Assembly: GCA_034439895.1 (NCBI GenBank)
Contig: JAWXBF010000069.1
Coordinates: 1-51,066, forward strand
Length of the DNA stretch: 51,066 bases
Direction of reading: 5' to 3'
From: Deltaproteobacteria bacterium
Lineage (GTDB): Bacteria > Myxococcota_A > Polyangia > Fen-1088
In this document: piece after piece, positions 19,955 to 29,596 of the stretch
Numbering within the stretch: position 1 is the first letter of the stretch
Layout: every line of letters starts with the position of its first letter
The notes under the pieces: generated by a model
What the model saw: the letters and a program-made list of their open reading frames with translations, nothing else
What the model was told of the DNA's origin: nothing
Databases searched by the model: none
Made by a program: the position numbers and the translations under genes

Positions 19955-22252
19955 TTACCACTCTGCATGCAATCCAATCGATGGCAGCAGGATCCGAAAA
20001 CTGCGTTCGTCGCGCGAGCCATCGTTGCGGATCTTCAGGTCAAAAACCTGACGGGTCAGGGTGGTGTTGATGAATTCCAGGTAGAGATCCAGGATGAATT
20101 TGTCGAAAATCCATCGTCGATCGAAGCGAACATCGACCTGGTAGAAGGCAGGCAGCCGTTGGTAGGTGACGGCCTGGCGATCATTGCCCTGAGATCCTTG
20201 ATCGAATACCGGATAGAGACGGCCGGTATTGTAATGGAACCGGCTTCCGAACTGGTAGCCGCCTCCGATCCGGTAGCTGCCGACGAGGTTAAGTACGTGC
20301 CGCTGGTCGAAGTCGGAAGTAGCTCGATGGTTGAGCGGAGGCAGGGTGCGTTCGCTCTTGGATAAAGTGTAAGCAAGCCAACCATGCAGACGATGACGAA
20401 CGGGTCGACGCAGCATCACTTCGGCGCCGTAGCTGCGCGCCGGCCGCAGCTCGAGGAGCGAGGTCTGCACGTCATAGTTAAAAATGCTCGCAAGATCAGT
20501 CACATCCATTCGCTGGATGAAGCCCGTGAGCTGAGCTGTCGCGTGCTCTCCCACATCGGACTCGACGCCCACGGACGCCGCCTTTGAGCGCTGAATGCCG
20601 AGGCTCGACAGGCCGAAGTTCTCAAAACCGGGAACCGAGACCGGGAGGCTCGGCATCTGCGCGAACATACCGGCGTTGCCCTTCAGATAGATCCCGTCGG
20701 CCAGCCTCAATCGCAAGTTCAGCCGGGGACTGGGTTCGATCTTGTGCGTCCCCTCTTGGACAAAGAGATCGCCGCGTGCACCGAGCGACACCAGCAGGCG
20801 TTGGCTGGGCTCGTAGGTGAGCGCTGCATAAAGCCCGGACATGATCGCCGTTCGGTCTCGGAGGATGTCCTGTTCGCCCAGCAAGACGTCGACCTTGCTC
20901 GGATCGAGCCGCTGAACCTCGGTATCTCCGCCCAATTCAATGCTGGTGGTCTCTCCCAGCCCGTGGCTGTAGTTGAGACGTCCGAGCGCAAGGTGCGAGG
21001 ACACCGCTACCGGCAAGTTGTTGACGGACGGGATGAAGCTCTGCGATTGGTCCCGCCCGTAAAGTAAAGCCGATTGCAAGCGTCCGCCGCCAACCATTCC
21101 GTTCCAGCCTAGGTTCACGCGATGGAATTTTAAACGAACCGAAATCGGATCCACGGGCTTGGTGGGAGTCGACTTGCGCTCGAGCACATCCCCCGAACCG
21201 TAAGCGAACAGTGTCAAACGCCCCGGTCCAATGCGGTGCTCAATGCGGGACTGGTAGTCCCAGTACCCCATCGTGAAATCGGGTGAGAGCTTCGATAGCA
21301 GATAGGCGGTGTACGAAAACCGGCCAGCCAGCGATACCGTCGTACGGTTCTCGTTGAAGGGCACAACGACAATGCCGCCGGCGTCGAAGAGGCGCAAATC
21401 GGCCGATGCATGAACCCTGTCGGCACGAGGTGTACGGGTTTGAGCAGACACGACGCCCGAAACGTACCGGCCAAAACGCGCCGGGTAGCCACCAGGATAG
21501 AAATCCACCGACTCAATGAAATACGGATGGATGACCGAGGGACCGAGGGCCAGGTGAAAGAGCGCCGGCAACCGAACACCGTCCAGGAAAAAGCCGGTAT
21601 TACCTGGATTCGCACCACGGACAGTGTAGAGAGCTGCGGGCCATACGACCTGCGAAACACCGGGCAACGACTCGATGACGCGCAACGGATCGCCAAGCGA
21701 GCCCGGCGTTCGGGTCAACTCTTCCTCGCGCAAGGCAATGCGTTCGGCTTGCTTCTCCGGGGCGACAATGACCGTTTCGTAACTTTGCCCGGTCTGGCGG
21801 GGCGTTAACCGTATGACAAGTTCACGGCGATCGGTCGCGTCGACGACGACGAAAACATCTTCGGTTTGAAAGCCCGGCTGCTGTACCTGGACGCGCTGCC
21901 GACCCGGGGGCAAGGCGATTTCAAATGCGCCGGTTCGATCGGTTTCACCGATCTGTTGTTTGCCGAAAAACAACGCGGCTCCGTCCTGCGGGGCGCGCGT
22001 GCCGCGAGCCAAGATTCGGCCTCGCACGGCAATCGCCATCGGTGCAGCGCGTGCGATGGGAACCTCGGGCGTGGAAATGGGCGGCACGACCGCCGGCGGT
22101 GCAAACGCAGGGACGGGAGGAACCGGTGCAGGCACGGGGGCCGGTATCGGTGCGACGTTTTCGACGCGATTGTCCTCCAACTCGATGTCGGGACTGGCAG
22201 GTTCGACTTGCAAGAGACAGCCCGCGAATCGCAGGGCGAGCCAGATAGTCAC
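19955..22252 (-). CDS. TonB-dependent receptor with N-terminal Pro-rich linker and carboxypeptidase-regulatory-like domain
   Basis: Plug motifs GDPLRVIESLPGV, VRGANPGNTGFFLDG, VDFYPGGYPARFG; amphipathic strands; ends in aromatic LPSIGLHAEW; GTG overlaps the upstream stop. Confidence 0.88.
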   Translation of the reverse strand: MTIWLALRFAGCLLQVEPASPDIELEDNRVENVAPIPAPVPAPVPPVPAFAPPAVVPPISTPEVPIARAAPMAIAVRGRILARGTRAPQDGAALFFGKQQIGETDRTGAFEIALPPGRQRVQVQQPGFQTEDVFVVVDATDRRELVIRLTPRQTGQSYETVIVAPEKQAERIALREEELTRTPGSLGDPLRVIESLPGVSQVVWPAALYTVRGANPGNTGFFLDGVRLPALFHLALGPSVIHPYFIESVDFYPGGYPARFGRYVSGVVSAQTRTPRADRVHASADLRLFDAGGIVVVPFNENRTTVSLAGRFSYTAYLLSKLSPDFTMGYWDYQSRIEHRIGPGRLTLFAYGSGDVLERKSTPTKPVDPISVRLKFHRVNLGWNGMVGGGRLQSALLYGRDQSQSFIPSVNNLPVAVSSHLALGRLNYSHGLGETTSIELGGDTEVQRLDPSKVDVLLGEQDILRDRTAIMSGLYAALTYEPSQRLLVSLGARGDLFVQEGTHKIEPSPRLNLRLRLADGIYLKGNAGMFAQMPSLPVSVPGFENFGLSSLGIQRSKAASVGVESDVGEHATAQLTGFIQRMDVTDLASIFNYDVQTSLLELRPARSYGAEVMLRRPVRHRLHGWLAYTLSKSERTLPPLNHRATSDFDQRHVLNLVGSYRIGGGYQFGSRFHYNTGRLYPVFDQGSQGNDRQAVTYQRLPAFYQVDVRFDRRWIFDKFILDLYLEFINTTLTRQVFDLKIRNDGSRDERSFRILLPSIGLHAEW

Positions 22253-23910
22253 GGCATTGCCTCACCAACGACTGCCACATTTCGTGGCACAATCCAAACA
22301 CCATCCTCGTCGGTGGGCGCACGGTTTCGAAAGTAGTACACGATCTGACTGACCCCGTTGAGTTCCATCTCGACAAAGTTGTCGACGCGCGGAGCGATGA
22401 GCCGTTCGACGCCCGTTCGTAAGTTGCGGTCGACCAGATCGCCAACAAGATCTTGCAACGACGTGCGAATGATTCCGAACAGCGTATTCGGAGTCACCGA
22501 AACATCGCGAATGCCTTCGGCCTTCCGTTCCACCAAGTGGCTATCCAGATCGGCGAAGTACAAATCCGAGGCCGACTGGCCGAAACGGGCCCAGAACACC
22601 AACAAATCGCGATCGTCCTCCGTCGCTTCGGTCCCGCGATCATCCCGCGCCTCGAAAAATTTGTAAACATCGCCCGCCTTGGTACCGCTCGGTGTCAGCT
22701 CGACAGGCGTCGTGGCAAAATCGCCATCCACCAACATCACGTGACCCTCTCGCTGCGGATCACCGGGGATGGGATCGACGTAGAGGAATTGACGACCCTC
22801 TCGAATAAAGCGCGGCGTGATGGGACGAATGGGCAAGACCCGGAGTCGCTGCGCCTCGGGTGCCTCGGGATCATGAACTGCGACGTTGCCCCGGCTGTCG
22901 AGCAACAGTTCCGTATTCGCGCCTGGCCGCGGAATACGCCCGACGACATCGACCATACCCGGCGGCATCTGTAGCACATTCAGGGAGCCGTTTACGGGAT
23001 TGAATTCGGAAAGGCGGGCCGGGATTCCGCCGCCGGCACCCTCGGAATAAATAAAGGCACCATTTGAATAACCAAGCCAGCAACAGATCCGTTCGCCGGG
23101 AACCCGCACTTCGGAAAGGGTCCGGAGATCTAGCAAGGTATTGGTGGGCTGTTTCCCTTCGGGCACAACCAAAGCAACCCAGTCTCCGAAACGCTGAAAA
23201 CGTGACACGTTTGAACGAATCGGCTCCGGAACGCCGTCGATCCCCCGCTGGCGATACAGCACCCGATTCGGGCCTGCCATGAAATAGATCTCCCCGTTTC
23301 CGTAGAACTGAGGCGAACCGATGATCCCGTCGAAAATACGATGCTGACCCTTGTCGTCTCGCAGCACGAACTGCGTTTGCAGTTGTTCGGGCGTGGTGGG
23401 AAGCACGATGGGTCGCTGAAACCAGATCCAGTCGGTGAAAGGCTCCGGCAATCTGACACCGTAACCTGAAACGTTCTCGATCGACTCCAACACCTGGCCG
23501 TTCAAATTGAATCGCGTCAAACGCCCACTGTACGATGTGGTGTTGCCGACCTGTACCGCGCGCTCGTTCACCACTGCCCAGTACGTATTTCCGCCCATCG
23601 CGACCATCGGGAACGAGGGCGAATCAGAACGCTCCCGCAGAACACTCCGCGCTGACGATGAGCCATCGATGGGAATCACGTATAGGTCAAGCGTACCGCC
23701 CTTCCCTTTCAGGGGTAGCGCCGTACGACGTTCGAGGCGAAGGTACTGTTTTCCGTCCACCACGGTCGCACTGAGGTTCTCGATGTGTTGGCCCTTCACC
23801 AGCTGACGCCCCGGTGGTGTTTGTTCGTCGGGCAGACATCCCAAGGCGGACAGCGCACACAGGAGCGCCACGCCGGCGAATGCAGCGCCGGGTGGGGTCC
23901 GCGGCCTCAA
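22249..23910 (-). CDS. Hypothetical lipoprotein, beta-rich (possibly propeller); start uncertain
   Basis: Long ORF with lipobox LSALGC after a hydrophobic stretch; the ORF-track start overlaps ptsI, so a later start (e.g. TTG 23910) is assumed. Confidence 0.7.
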   Translation of the reverse strand: MRPRTPPGAAFAGVALLCALSALGCLPDEQTPPGRQLVKGQHIENLSATVVDGKQYLRLERRTALPLKGKGGTLDLYVIPIDGSSSARSVLRERSDSPSFPMVAMGGNTYWAVVNERAVQVGNTTSYSGRLTRFNLNGQVLESIENVSGYGVRLPEPFTDWIWFQRPIVLPTTPEQLQTQFVLRDDKGQHRIFDGIIGSPQFYGNGEIYFMAGPNRVLYRQRGIDGVPEPIRSNVSRFQRFGDWVALVVPEGKQPTNTLLDLRTLSEVRVPGERICCWLGYSNGAFIYSEGAGGGIPARLSEFNPVNGSLNVLQMPPGMVDVVGRIPRPGANTELLLDSRGNVAVHDPEAPEAQRLRVLPIRPITPRFIREGRQFLYVDPIPGDPQREGHVMLVDGDFATTPVELTPSGTKAGDVYKFFEARDDRGTEATEDDRDLLVFWARFGQSASDLYFADLDSHLVERKAEGIRDVSVTPNTLFGIIRTSLQDLVGDLVDRNLRTGVERLIAPRVDNFVEMELNGVSQIVYYFRNRAPTDEDGVWIVPRNVAVVGEAMP

Positions 23911-23929
23911 AGACAGCCGCGCGTGCGAT

Positions 23930-25705
23930 TCAAGGTGCGATCGCCTCGCTCTCGACATCGATGAGTTCCGGAAAGCGTTTTTGAATGACCTGTAGCACAG
24001 CGTCTTCGACCTCACCTATCGTGAGCAAGTGTTCGATATCCGAAACAAGCGTTTGTGCCTCAAGGATCGTCGTCTGCCGAATCACCGATTTTACAAGCGG
24101 TATTTGGCGGGGTGCCATTGAAAGATCGCGCAGACCAAGTCCCAGCAAAACCCAGGTCAAGGTCGGATCCCCCGCCATATCGCCGCACATCGCGAGCGGC
24201 TTGTTCTTGCTGCGGCAGGCATCCACGATGCCACGAATGCTGCGCAAGATCGCCGGATGCAGGGGCTGGTAGAGGTACCCGACATATTCGTCCTGGCGAT
24301 CCGCCGCGAGGGTGTACTGAATCAGATCGTTGGTTCCGATTGTGAGAAAATCACACTCGTCGGCGATGAGATCGGTAATCAACGCAGCGCTTGGTGTTTC
24401 GATCATGGTTCCGATCGGAACGTCGGCCTTGTGCGGGATTCCTTCTTTCTTGAGGTCGGCACACACTTCCTCGCAGATGGCACGCGCCGTTCGCAGCTCA
24501 TTCACGCCCGAGATAAGCGGGAACAGGATCCGCAGCGGACCATCCACCGCAGCCCGAAACAGTGCGCGCAACTGGGTCCTGAAAATGTCGCGATACACGA
24601 GCGAGAAGCGAATCGAGCGCAATCCCATCGCCGGATTGACAGAGCCCGGGAAACGCATGGATTGAGGCAATTTATCGCCACCGAGATCCAGCGTTCGGAA
24701 CGTCGCCATCCGACCGGCGAGCGTAAGCATCGCCGAACGGGCATGATCGTATTGTTCTTCCTCGGTCGGCAAGACCTCGCGATCGAGATACAAAAATTCG
24801 GTGCGAAACAGACCAACCGAGCTCGCCCCGAGTTCGATGGCGGAAGGAACCTCCTGAAGCAACTCGATGTTGGCGGCGAGATCCACGCGCACACCGTCGG
24901 CGGTTTCCGAGCGCTTGCCGCGCAACGAAGACAGCGAGTGATCGCGTTTCAGCGCCCGGGCCGAACGGGATTCGTAGTGCGCAAGGGCCTCGGCATCGGG
25001 ATTGAGAATGATCTCACCACGGCTGCCATCGACGATGATCCGCATGCCGGATCGGGTCTCGTCCGCGATGCCTCGAACGCCGACCACGAGAGGCAGTCCG
25101 AGCGCGCGGGCGACAACAGCGGAATGCGAAGTCTTGCCACCACTTTCTGTGACGAAACCACGAACACCCAGTCGTCCAAGCTGCGTCATGTCAGCGGGAG
25201 AGAGATCGTGTGCGTACACGATCGAACCCGGCGGGATCTCGTTTGAACCCGACACGTCTGTCTCTTGCAGGCTGCGTAACAGGCGTTCACCGACGGCCTC
25301 GACGTCACTGCCGCGTTCGCGGAAGTACGGATCGGTGATGCGATCAAACACGGCGCGAATGCGGTCAAGTGCGATGCGCACGGCCCATTCCGCCGCGAAG
25401 AGATCCTCGCGGATCATGCGCCGTGCCTCGTCGACGAGGTGAGGATCCGAAAGCATCAAACGATGCGCCTCCAGAATCTGGTAGCTCTGGTGAGAGGCGC
25501 CTTCTTCATCTGCGATCTGCTGCTGAACCCGCTGGAGTTGTGATTCCGATTGCGCAACTGCGTTCGAGAGACGGACCAATTCCTGCTCGATCTCGTCACG
25601 CGTGATGTGGCGTTCGTGGACGTCGATGCGCCAACCGAATAAATGGGCAGAACCCAGGCCCACGCCCGGTGCCGCGGCAATGCCGTTAAGCTTTCGCATC
25701 ATCAC
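23930..25705 (-). CDS. ptsI: Phosphoenolpyruvate-protein phosphotransferase (PTS enzyme I)
   Basis: GGKTSHSAVVAR (phospho-His), GLFRTEFL, RTLDLGGDK, NPAMGLRSIR, MIETP, IGTNDLIQY, CGDMAG. Confidence 0.96.
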   Translation of the reverse strand: MMMRKLNGIAAAPGVGLGSAHLFGWRIDVHERHITRDEIEQELVRLSNAVAQSESQLQRVQQQIADEEGASHQSYQILEAHRLMLSDPHLVDEARRMIREDLFAAEWAVRIALDRIRAVFDRITDPYFRERGSDVEAVGERLLRSLQETDVSGSNEIPPGSIVYAHDLSPADMTQLGRLGVRGFVTESGGKTSHSAVVARALGLPLVVGVRGIADETRSGMRIIVDGSRGEIILNPDAEALAHYESRSARALKRDHSLSSLRGKRSETADGVRVDLAANIELLQEVPSAIELGASSVGLFRTEFLYLDREVLPTEEEQYDHARSAMLTLAGRMATFRTLDLGGDKLPQSMRFPGSVNPAMGLRSIRFSLVYRDIFRTQLRALFRAAVDGPLRILFPLISGVNELRTARAICEEVCADLKKEGIPHKADVPIGTMIETPSAALITDLIADECDFLTIGTNDLIQYTLAADRQDEYVGYLYQPLHPAILRSIRGIVDACRSKNKPLAMCGDMAGDPTLTWVLLGLGLRDLSMAPRQIPLVKSVIRQTTILEAQTLVSDIEHLLTIGEVEDAVLQVIQKRFPELIDVESEAIAP

Positions 25706-26016
25706 CGCGCAGCACCTGGCTCGTCCGGCTCAACCCCTTCGTCAAAACCTCGGTCCACCAGCGCAAAGAGCGCATCAACCGCGGCCTGCGCATCCGGGCC
25801 GCGTGCGACCAGTTCGATCTGGGTTCCCAGTGCCGCAACCAGCGTCAAGAGGCCCATGATGCTTTTGCCATTCACTTCCTCGTCGTCTTTGCGTACGAAG
25901 ACCTCGGCCTCAAACGGTGCAGCGGCCTGAACGAACTTGACCGCAGCGCGGGCGTGCATCCCCAGCCGATTTCGAATGCGGGCAATTCGTGTTACGGATA
26001 GTTGTTCATGAGACAT
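25702..26016 (-). CDS. ptsH: Phosphocarrier protein HPr
   Basis: GMHARAA (His15), NGKSIMGLLTL (Ser46); ATG 26016 after GGAGG. Confidence 0.95.
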   Translation of the reverse strand: MSHEQLSVTRIARIRNRLGMHARAAVKFVQAAAPFEAEVFVRKDDEEVNGKSIMGLLTLVAALGTQIELVARGPDAQAAVDALFALVDRGFDEGVEPDEPGAAR

Positions 26017-26018
26017 GG

Positions 26019-26471
26019 CTATCGTGGTCCTCCGGTAAAAACGCGACCGGTGAGTTCCGATCCCAGACGAATTGATCGGCGACCAATGTCGCGCAAGATT
26101 TCCGCGATCTCGGAAGGCGTCAGGCCGCATCGATCGACCGTCGACATCTTGATCAGCATCGGAAGGTTCACGCCGCACAACACCTCGGCCGGACGGACAC
26201 CGTCCAACATGGTCATGGCAGCCCGAAACGGTGTCGAACCATGAACATCCACCAGGATGAGCACGCCGACGCCGCTGTCCGCACGGTCACAGGCTTCAGA
26301 AATGCGGGCGGACAATTGCTCGCGCGTTTGGTCCATGCCACAGCTAACCGCTTCCAGTTTCTCGAGCTTTCCCAAAATCGCTTCCGCGGCGCCACAAAGG
26401 CACGTTGCAGCGCCTTCGTGGGTGACGACCACCACGCCGACAATCGGGCGGTTGGAATCGGGACGGGCCAT
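26019..26471 (-). CDS. PTS EIIA component, mannose/fructose family
   Basis: VVVVTHEG, GVLILVDVHGSTP, GVNLPMLI. Confidence 0.9.
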   Translation of the reverse strand: MARPDSNRPIVGVVVVTHEGAATCLCGAAEAILGKLEKLEAVSCGMDQTREQLSARISEACDRADSGVGVLILVDVHGSTPFRAAMTMLDGVRPAEVLCGVNLPMLIKMSTVDRCGLTPSEIAEILRDIGRRSIRLGSELTGRVFTGGPR

Positions 26472-26485
26472 GGATGCAGTCTACA

Positions 26486-27328
26486 CTAGGACTTGCCAAG
26501 ATCGCGGTGCCGTACCGAGACGTTGCCCAGATGGTTGATCCGACGCGCCATCTCTTCGGCCATCGCGACCGACCGATGTCGGCCACCGGTGCATCCAATG
26601 GCAACCGTCGCATAAGCCTTGCCCTCGCGTCCGAATCCCTGAATCGACAGTTCAAGCAAGCGCCCGGCGCGATCGAGAAAATTTTTGGCCTCGTCGCTCG
26701 CGAGCACGAAATCTCGCACGGGCGCCTCCTGGCCTGTCCCCGCCGACAGGGCCTCGATAAAGTAGGGATTCGGAAGGAAGCGCACGTCGAGGACCATGTC
26801 CGACTCGGCGGGCAGGCCATACTTGAAACCGAAGGACAGGATGGTGATTCCGAGCCGATCCGACGAGCGTCCGTATTTCTCGAGGACCATGGCGCGCAGG
26901 TTGTGAACCGACAAATGTCCCGTGTCGACGACCGAGGTTGCGGATATGCGCAGCTCGGTCAGACGCCGTCGCTCATCCTCCACATCCGAACGCACGTTGA
27001 CTCCGGCCAGCGGATGCCGACGCCGCGTTTCCGAAAAGCGCCGAATCAGGATGTCATCGGGTGCATCCAGGTAGAGAACCTCGATATCATGGCCCGCGTC
27101 CGCCATCCCCTTGAGCGTCACCGAAGCGTTTTCGAGAAACTCACCGCTGCGGGTGTCGACGATGATCGCCGCCTGACGAATACCCGACTGCAAGACCAGC
27201 AACTCGATAAACCGCGGCAATAGCGGCATCGGGAGGTTGTCGGCACAGTAAAAATCGAGATCCTCGAGCGCTTTCAGCGCCGTCGTTTTTCCCGCGCCGG
27301 CAAGCCCCGTCACCACGACCAGTTTCAT
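26486..27328 (-). CDS. rapZ: RNase adapter RapZ (P-loop protein)
   Basis: GLAGAGKT, DNLP, ETRRRHPL, SFGFKYG, DVRFLPNP, GCTGGRHRSV. Confidence 0.96.
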   Translation of the reverse strand: MKLVVVTGLAGAGKTTALKALEDLDFYCADNLPMPLLPRFIELLVLQSGIRQAAIIVDTRSGEFLENASVTLKGMADAGHDIEVLYLDAPDDILIRRFSETRRRHPLAGVNVRSDVEDERRRLTELRISATSVVDTGHLSVHNLRAMVLEKYGRSSDRLGITILSFGFKYGLPAESDMVLDVRFLPNPYFIEALSAGTGQEAPVRDFVLASDEAKNFLDRAGRLLELSIQGFGREGKAYATVAIGCTGGRHRSVAMAEEMARRINHLGNVSVRHRDLGKS

Positions 27329-27330
27329 GA

Positions 27331-28329
27331 CTATTCCACCTCATCCCGGCGAGGTCGAGCGATGCCGGCGGCCGCCGTTTCCATCGCCTGATCGAGCCGC
27401 TGTTGAAACTCCAGCGCCGAGTGGTGTCCCTGAACCTGCAACAAGCGGTTGCGGGCCGCGACTTCGATGAGAACGCTGACGTTTCGGCCCGGGCTAACCG
27501 GCAGTTTCAACATCGGAACGGGCACCTCCAGAATGGGGAACGCCATATCTTCGATCCCCAGTCGATCGTGCATGTCCGCTTCTTGCCAGGCGACGAGTTC
27601 CACGACGAGTTCGATCTTTTTTTCGTCGCGCACGGCCGCAACACCAAACAGATCTTTGATGTTGATGATGCCCAGACCGCGAACCTCCATGTGATGCTTG
27701 ATGAGTTCCGAAGGCCATCCCAGCAAGATGTCGGTGCCAACGCGACGCACCTCCACGAGATCATCGGCAACCAGACGATGACCCCTCATGATCAACTCCA
27801 GCGCCGCTTCGGACTTGCCGACACCACTTTTGCCGAGCAACAGGATCCCAACCCCCAGAACATCCACCAAGACGGCGTGCAGGCTGACGGTCGGCGCAAG
27901 CGAATGTTCCAGAAACGCTTGCAGCTCTTCGATCAACTGCGAAGAAACGAGCGGCGTCCGCAAAAGGGCAACGTTTGCAGCGTCGGCAGCTTCAAGCAGC
28001 TCTTGCGGCACATCGAGTCCCTTCGTGACAACGATGCAGGCAGGCTCAAGGGCGATGAGGGTTTCGATGCCGTGGCGCGCATCGTCGATCGGAAGCGTGG
28101 CGAGATAGGAGATCTCGGTCGCGCCCAGGATCTGAACCCGCTCCGGGTGGATCTGGCGCGCGAAGCCTGCGAGGGCGAGACCCGGTTTTTGAACACGGTT
28201 CGCGGTGACGGGCCGAGTTAACCCGCGCTCGCCTGCCAGCAATACCAGACGGAGGGCGGATTGCTCGCTCAGCAACGAGCGAACGGTGAGAACGGGACGA
28301 CGGCCTGCAGGAACCTTCACGCCCGTCAT
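27331..28329 (-). CDS. hprK: HPr kinase/phosphorylase
   Basis: PGLALAGF, GKSGVGKSEAALEL, RGHRLVADD, MEVRGLGII, PGRNVSVLIEVAARN. Confidence 0.96.
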   Translation of the reverse strand: MTGVKVPAGRRPVLTVRSLLSEQSALRLVLLAGERGLTRPVTANRVQKPGLALAGFARQIHPERVQILGATEISYLATLPIDDARHGIETLIALEPACIVVTKGLDVPQELLEAADAANVALLRTPLVSSQLIEELQAFLEHSLAPTVSLHAVLVDVLGVGILLLGKSGVGKSEAALELIMRGHRLVADDLVEVRRVGTDILLGWPSELIKHHMEVRGLGIINIKDLFGVAAVRDEKKIELVVELVAWQEADMHDRLGIEDMAFPILEVPVPMLKLPVSPGRNVSVLIEVAARNRLLQVQGHHSALEFQQRLDQAMETAAAGIARPRRDEVE

Positions 28330-28339
28330 TCTAGTAGAA

Positions 28340-28801
28340 CTAGAACTTGGCGTCTTCTTCGCAAAGCAAATCGAACATCGCCCGCGCATCGGGAGCCTCG
28401 ATGAGCCGCTGCCGCAACAGGGAATCCCGGAACAGGCGAGACAGCCGAGCCAGCGCCTTCAGGTGGCTACCCGTCGAGGTCGTGGGTGCAACCAACATGA
28501 AGACAAGATGGGTGGGCTTGCCATCAATCGAGTCGAACTCAAGGCCGCCAACCGAGCGCCCCAGTGCTCCGATGAGTTTGGGCAAGGCATCGATCTTCCC
28601 GTGGGGAATCGCGATGCCATCGCCGATGGCGGTCGAGGCCAAAAGCTCTCGCTCCTCAAGCACTTTTTTGAGCGGAGCCACTTCCAAGCCCGGATTGCCC
28701 CTGGCGAGGTGCCGCGCCATCTCTTCGAGGACACTGACCTTGGATCCGGAACGCAGATCTCCGATGACCATATCTGGCCGAAGGAAATCGACGACCCTCA
28801 T
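28340..28801 (-). CDS. ptsN: PTS EIIA-Ntr / fructose-type EIIA
   Basis: ERELLASTAIGDGIAIPHGK, FDSIDGKP, HLKALARLSR; located downstream of rpoN-hpf. Confidence 0.92.
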   Translation of the reverse strand: MRVVDFLRPDMVIGDLRSGSKVSVLEEMARHLARGNPGLEVAPLKKVLEERELLASTAIGDGIAIPHGKIDALPKLIGALGRSVGGLEFDSIDGKPTHLVFMLVAPTTSTGSHLKALARLSRLFRDSLLRQRLIEAPDARAMFDLLCEEDAKF

Positions 28802-28854
28802 GGGGGCTGTGCCTGGCGATGGAATTGCGGCAGTCAATGGACGTCCCCGTACTG

Positions 28855-29529
28855 CTAGGTATCGGCCGAATTCTCCGAAACTTTGGCCCCGGTATCCAAA
28901 AGGCCGTAGTGGCCGTCCTGCCGTCGATACGTCACGGTGATCGTGCCTGTTTCGGCGTTGGTAAAGACGAGAAAGTTGTTCTCTAGTAGGTTGAGCTGCA
29001 TCACCGCGTCGTCAACCCTGAGGGTTCTCACCCTGAAGGTCTGCTCGCGGATGACATCCAACTTCGGGGGCAGAGGCGAAGCCACCTTGGCGGCTTTGGC
29101 GATCTCTTTTTTGCCTCCCTTTTCCACCTTGGTGGCCTTCGCCCCCTTGGCGGCAAGCTTCACCCGGCGGGGCTCCAGGCCTTCGGCATGCAACACGTTG
29201 TCGCTGACCGAAAAACTTGGTCCTTTGTGGGGCTTGTGGTCGCGAATCTTGTCTTTCCAGCGTCGAACCTGCCGCTCGATGCGAGAGCTCGCCAGGTCGA
29301 TGGAGGAGTACATGTCCTCGGTCGATTCGTGGGCCTGCAAAACGAGGCCATTCGGCAGGGTGATGGACAATTCGACGGCGTGCTGATGCTCGTTTTCAAC
29401 CGAAAACACCGCATGCGAGGCGATCGGATCTCGGCGGAAGTACTTCAGCAGTTTGCTCAGGCGTTCAATCGCGTAGTCACGAACAGCCTGCGACGTCTCC
29501 ATGTGACGAAACGTAGTAGCGATTTGCAC
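28855..29529 (-). CDS. hpf: Ribosome hibernation promoting factor, long form
   Basis: TFRHMETSQAVRDY, DMYSSIDLA..RIERQVRRWKDK, C-terminal AVMQLNLL..FLVF.N..VTYRRQDGHYGL. Confidence 0.93.
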   Translation of the reverse strand: MQIATTFRHMETSQAVRDYAIERLSKLLKYFRRDPIASHAVFSVENEHQHAVELSITLPNGLVLQAHESTEDMYSSIDLASSRIERQVRRWKDKIRDHKPHKGPSFSVSDNVLHAEGLEPRRVKLAAKGAKATKVEKGGKKEIAKAAKVASPLPPKLDVIREQTFRVRTLRVDDAVMQLNLLENNFLVFTNAETGTITVTYRRQDGHYGLLDTGAKVSENSADT

Positions 29530-29596
29530 GGTATCTCTGTCCTCCGAGTCTTGCGGGGTGTTTAGGATAGTCGCGAAGGATTTTCCAGCCTATTTA

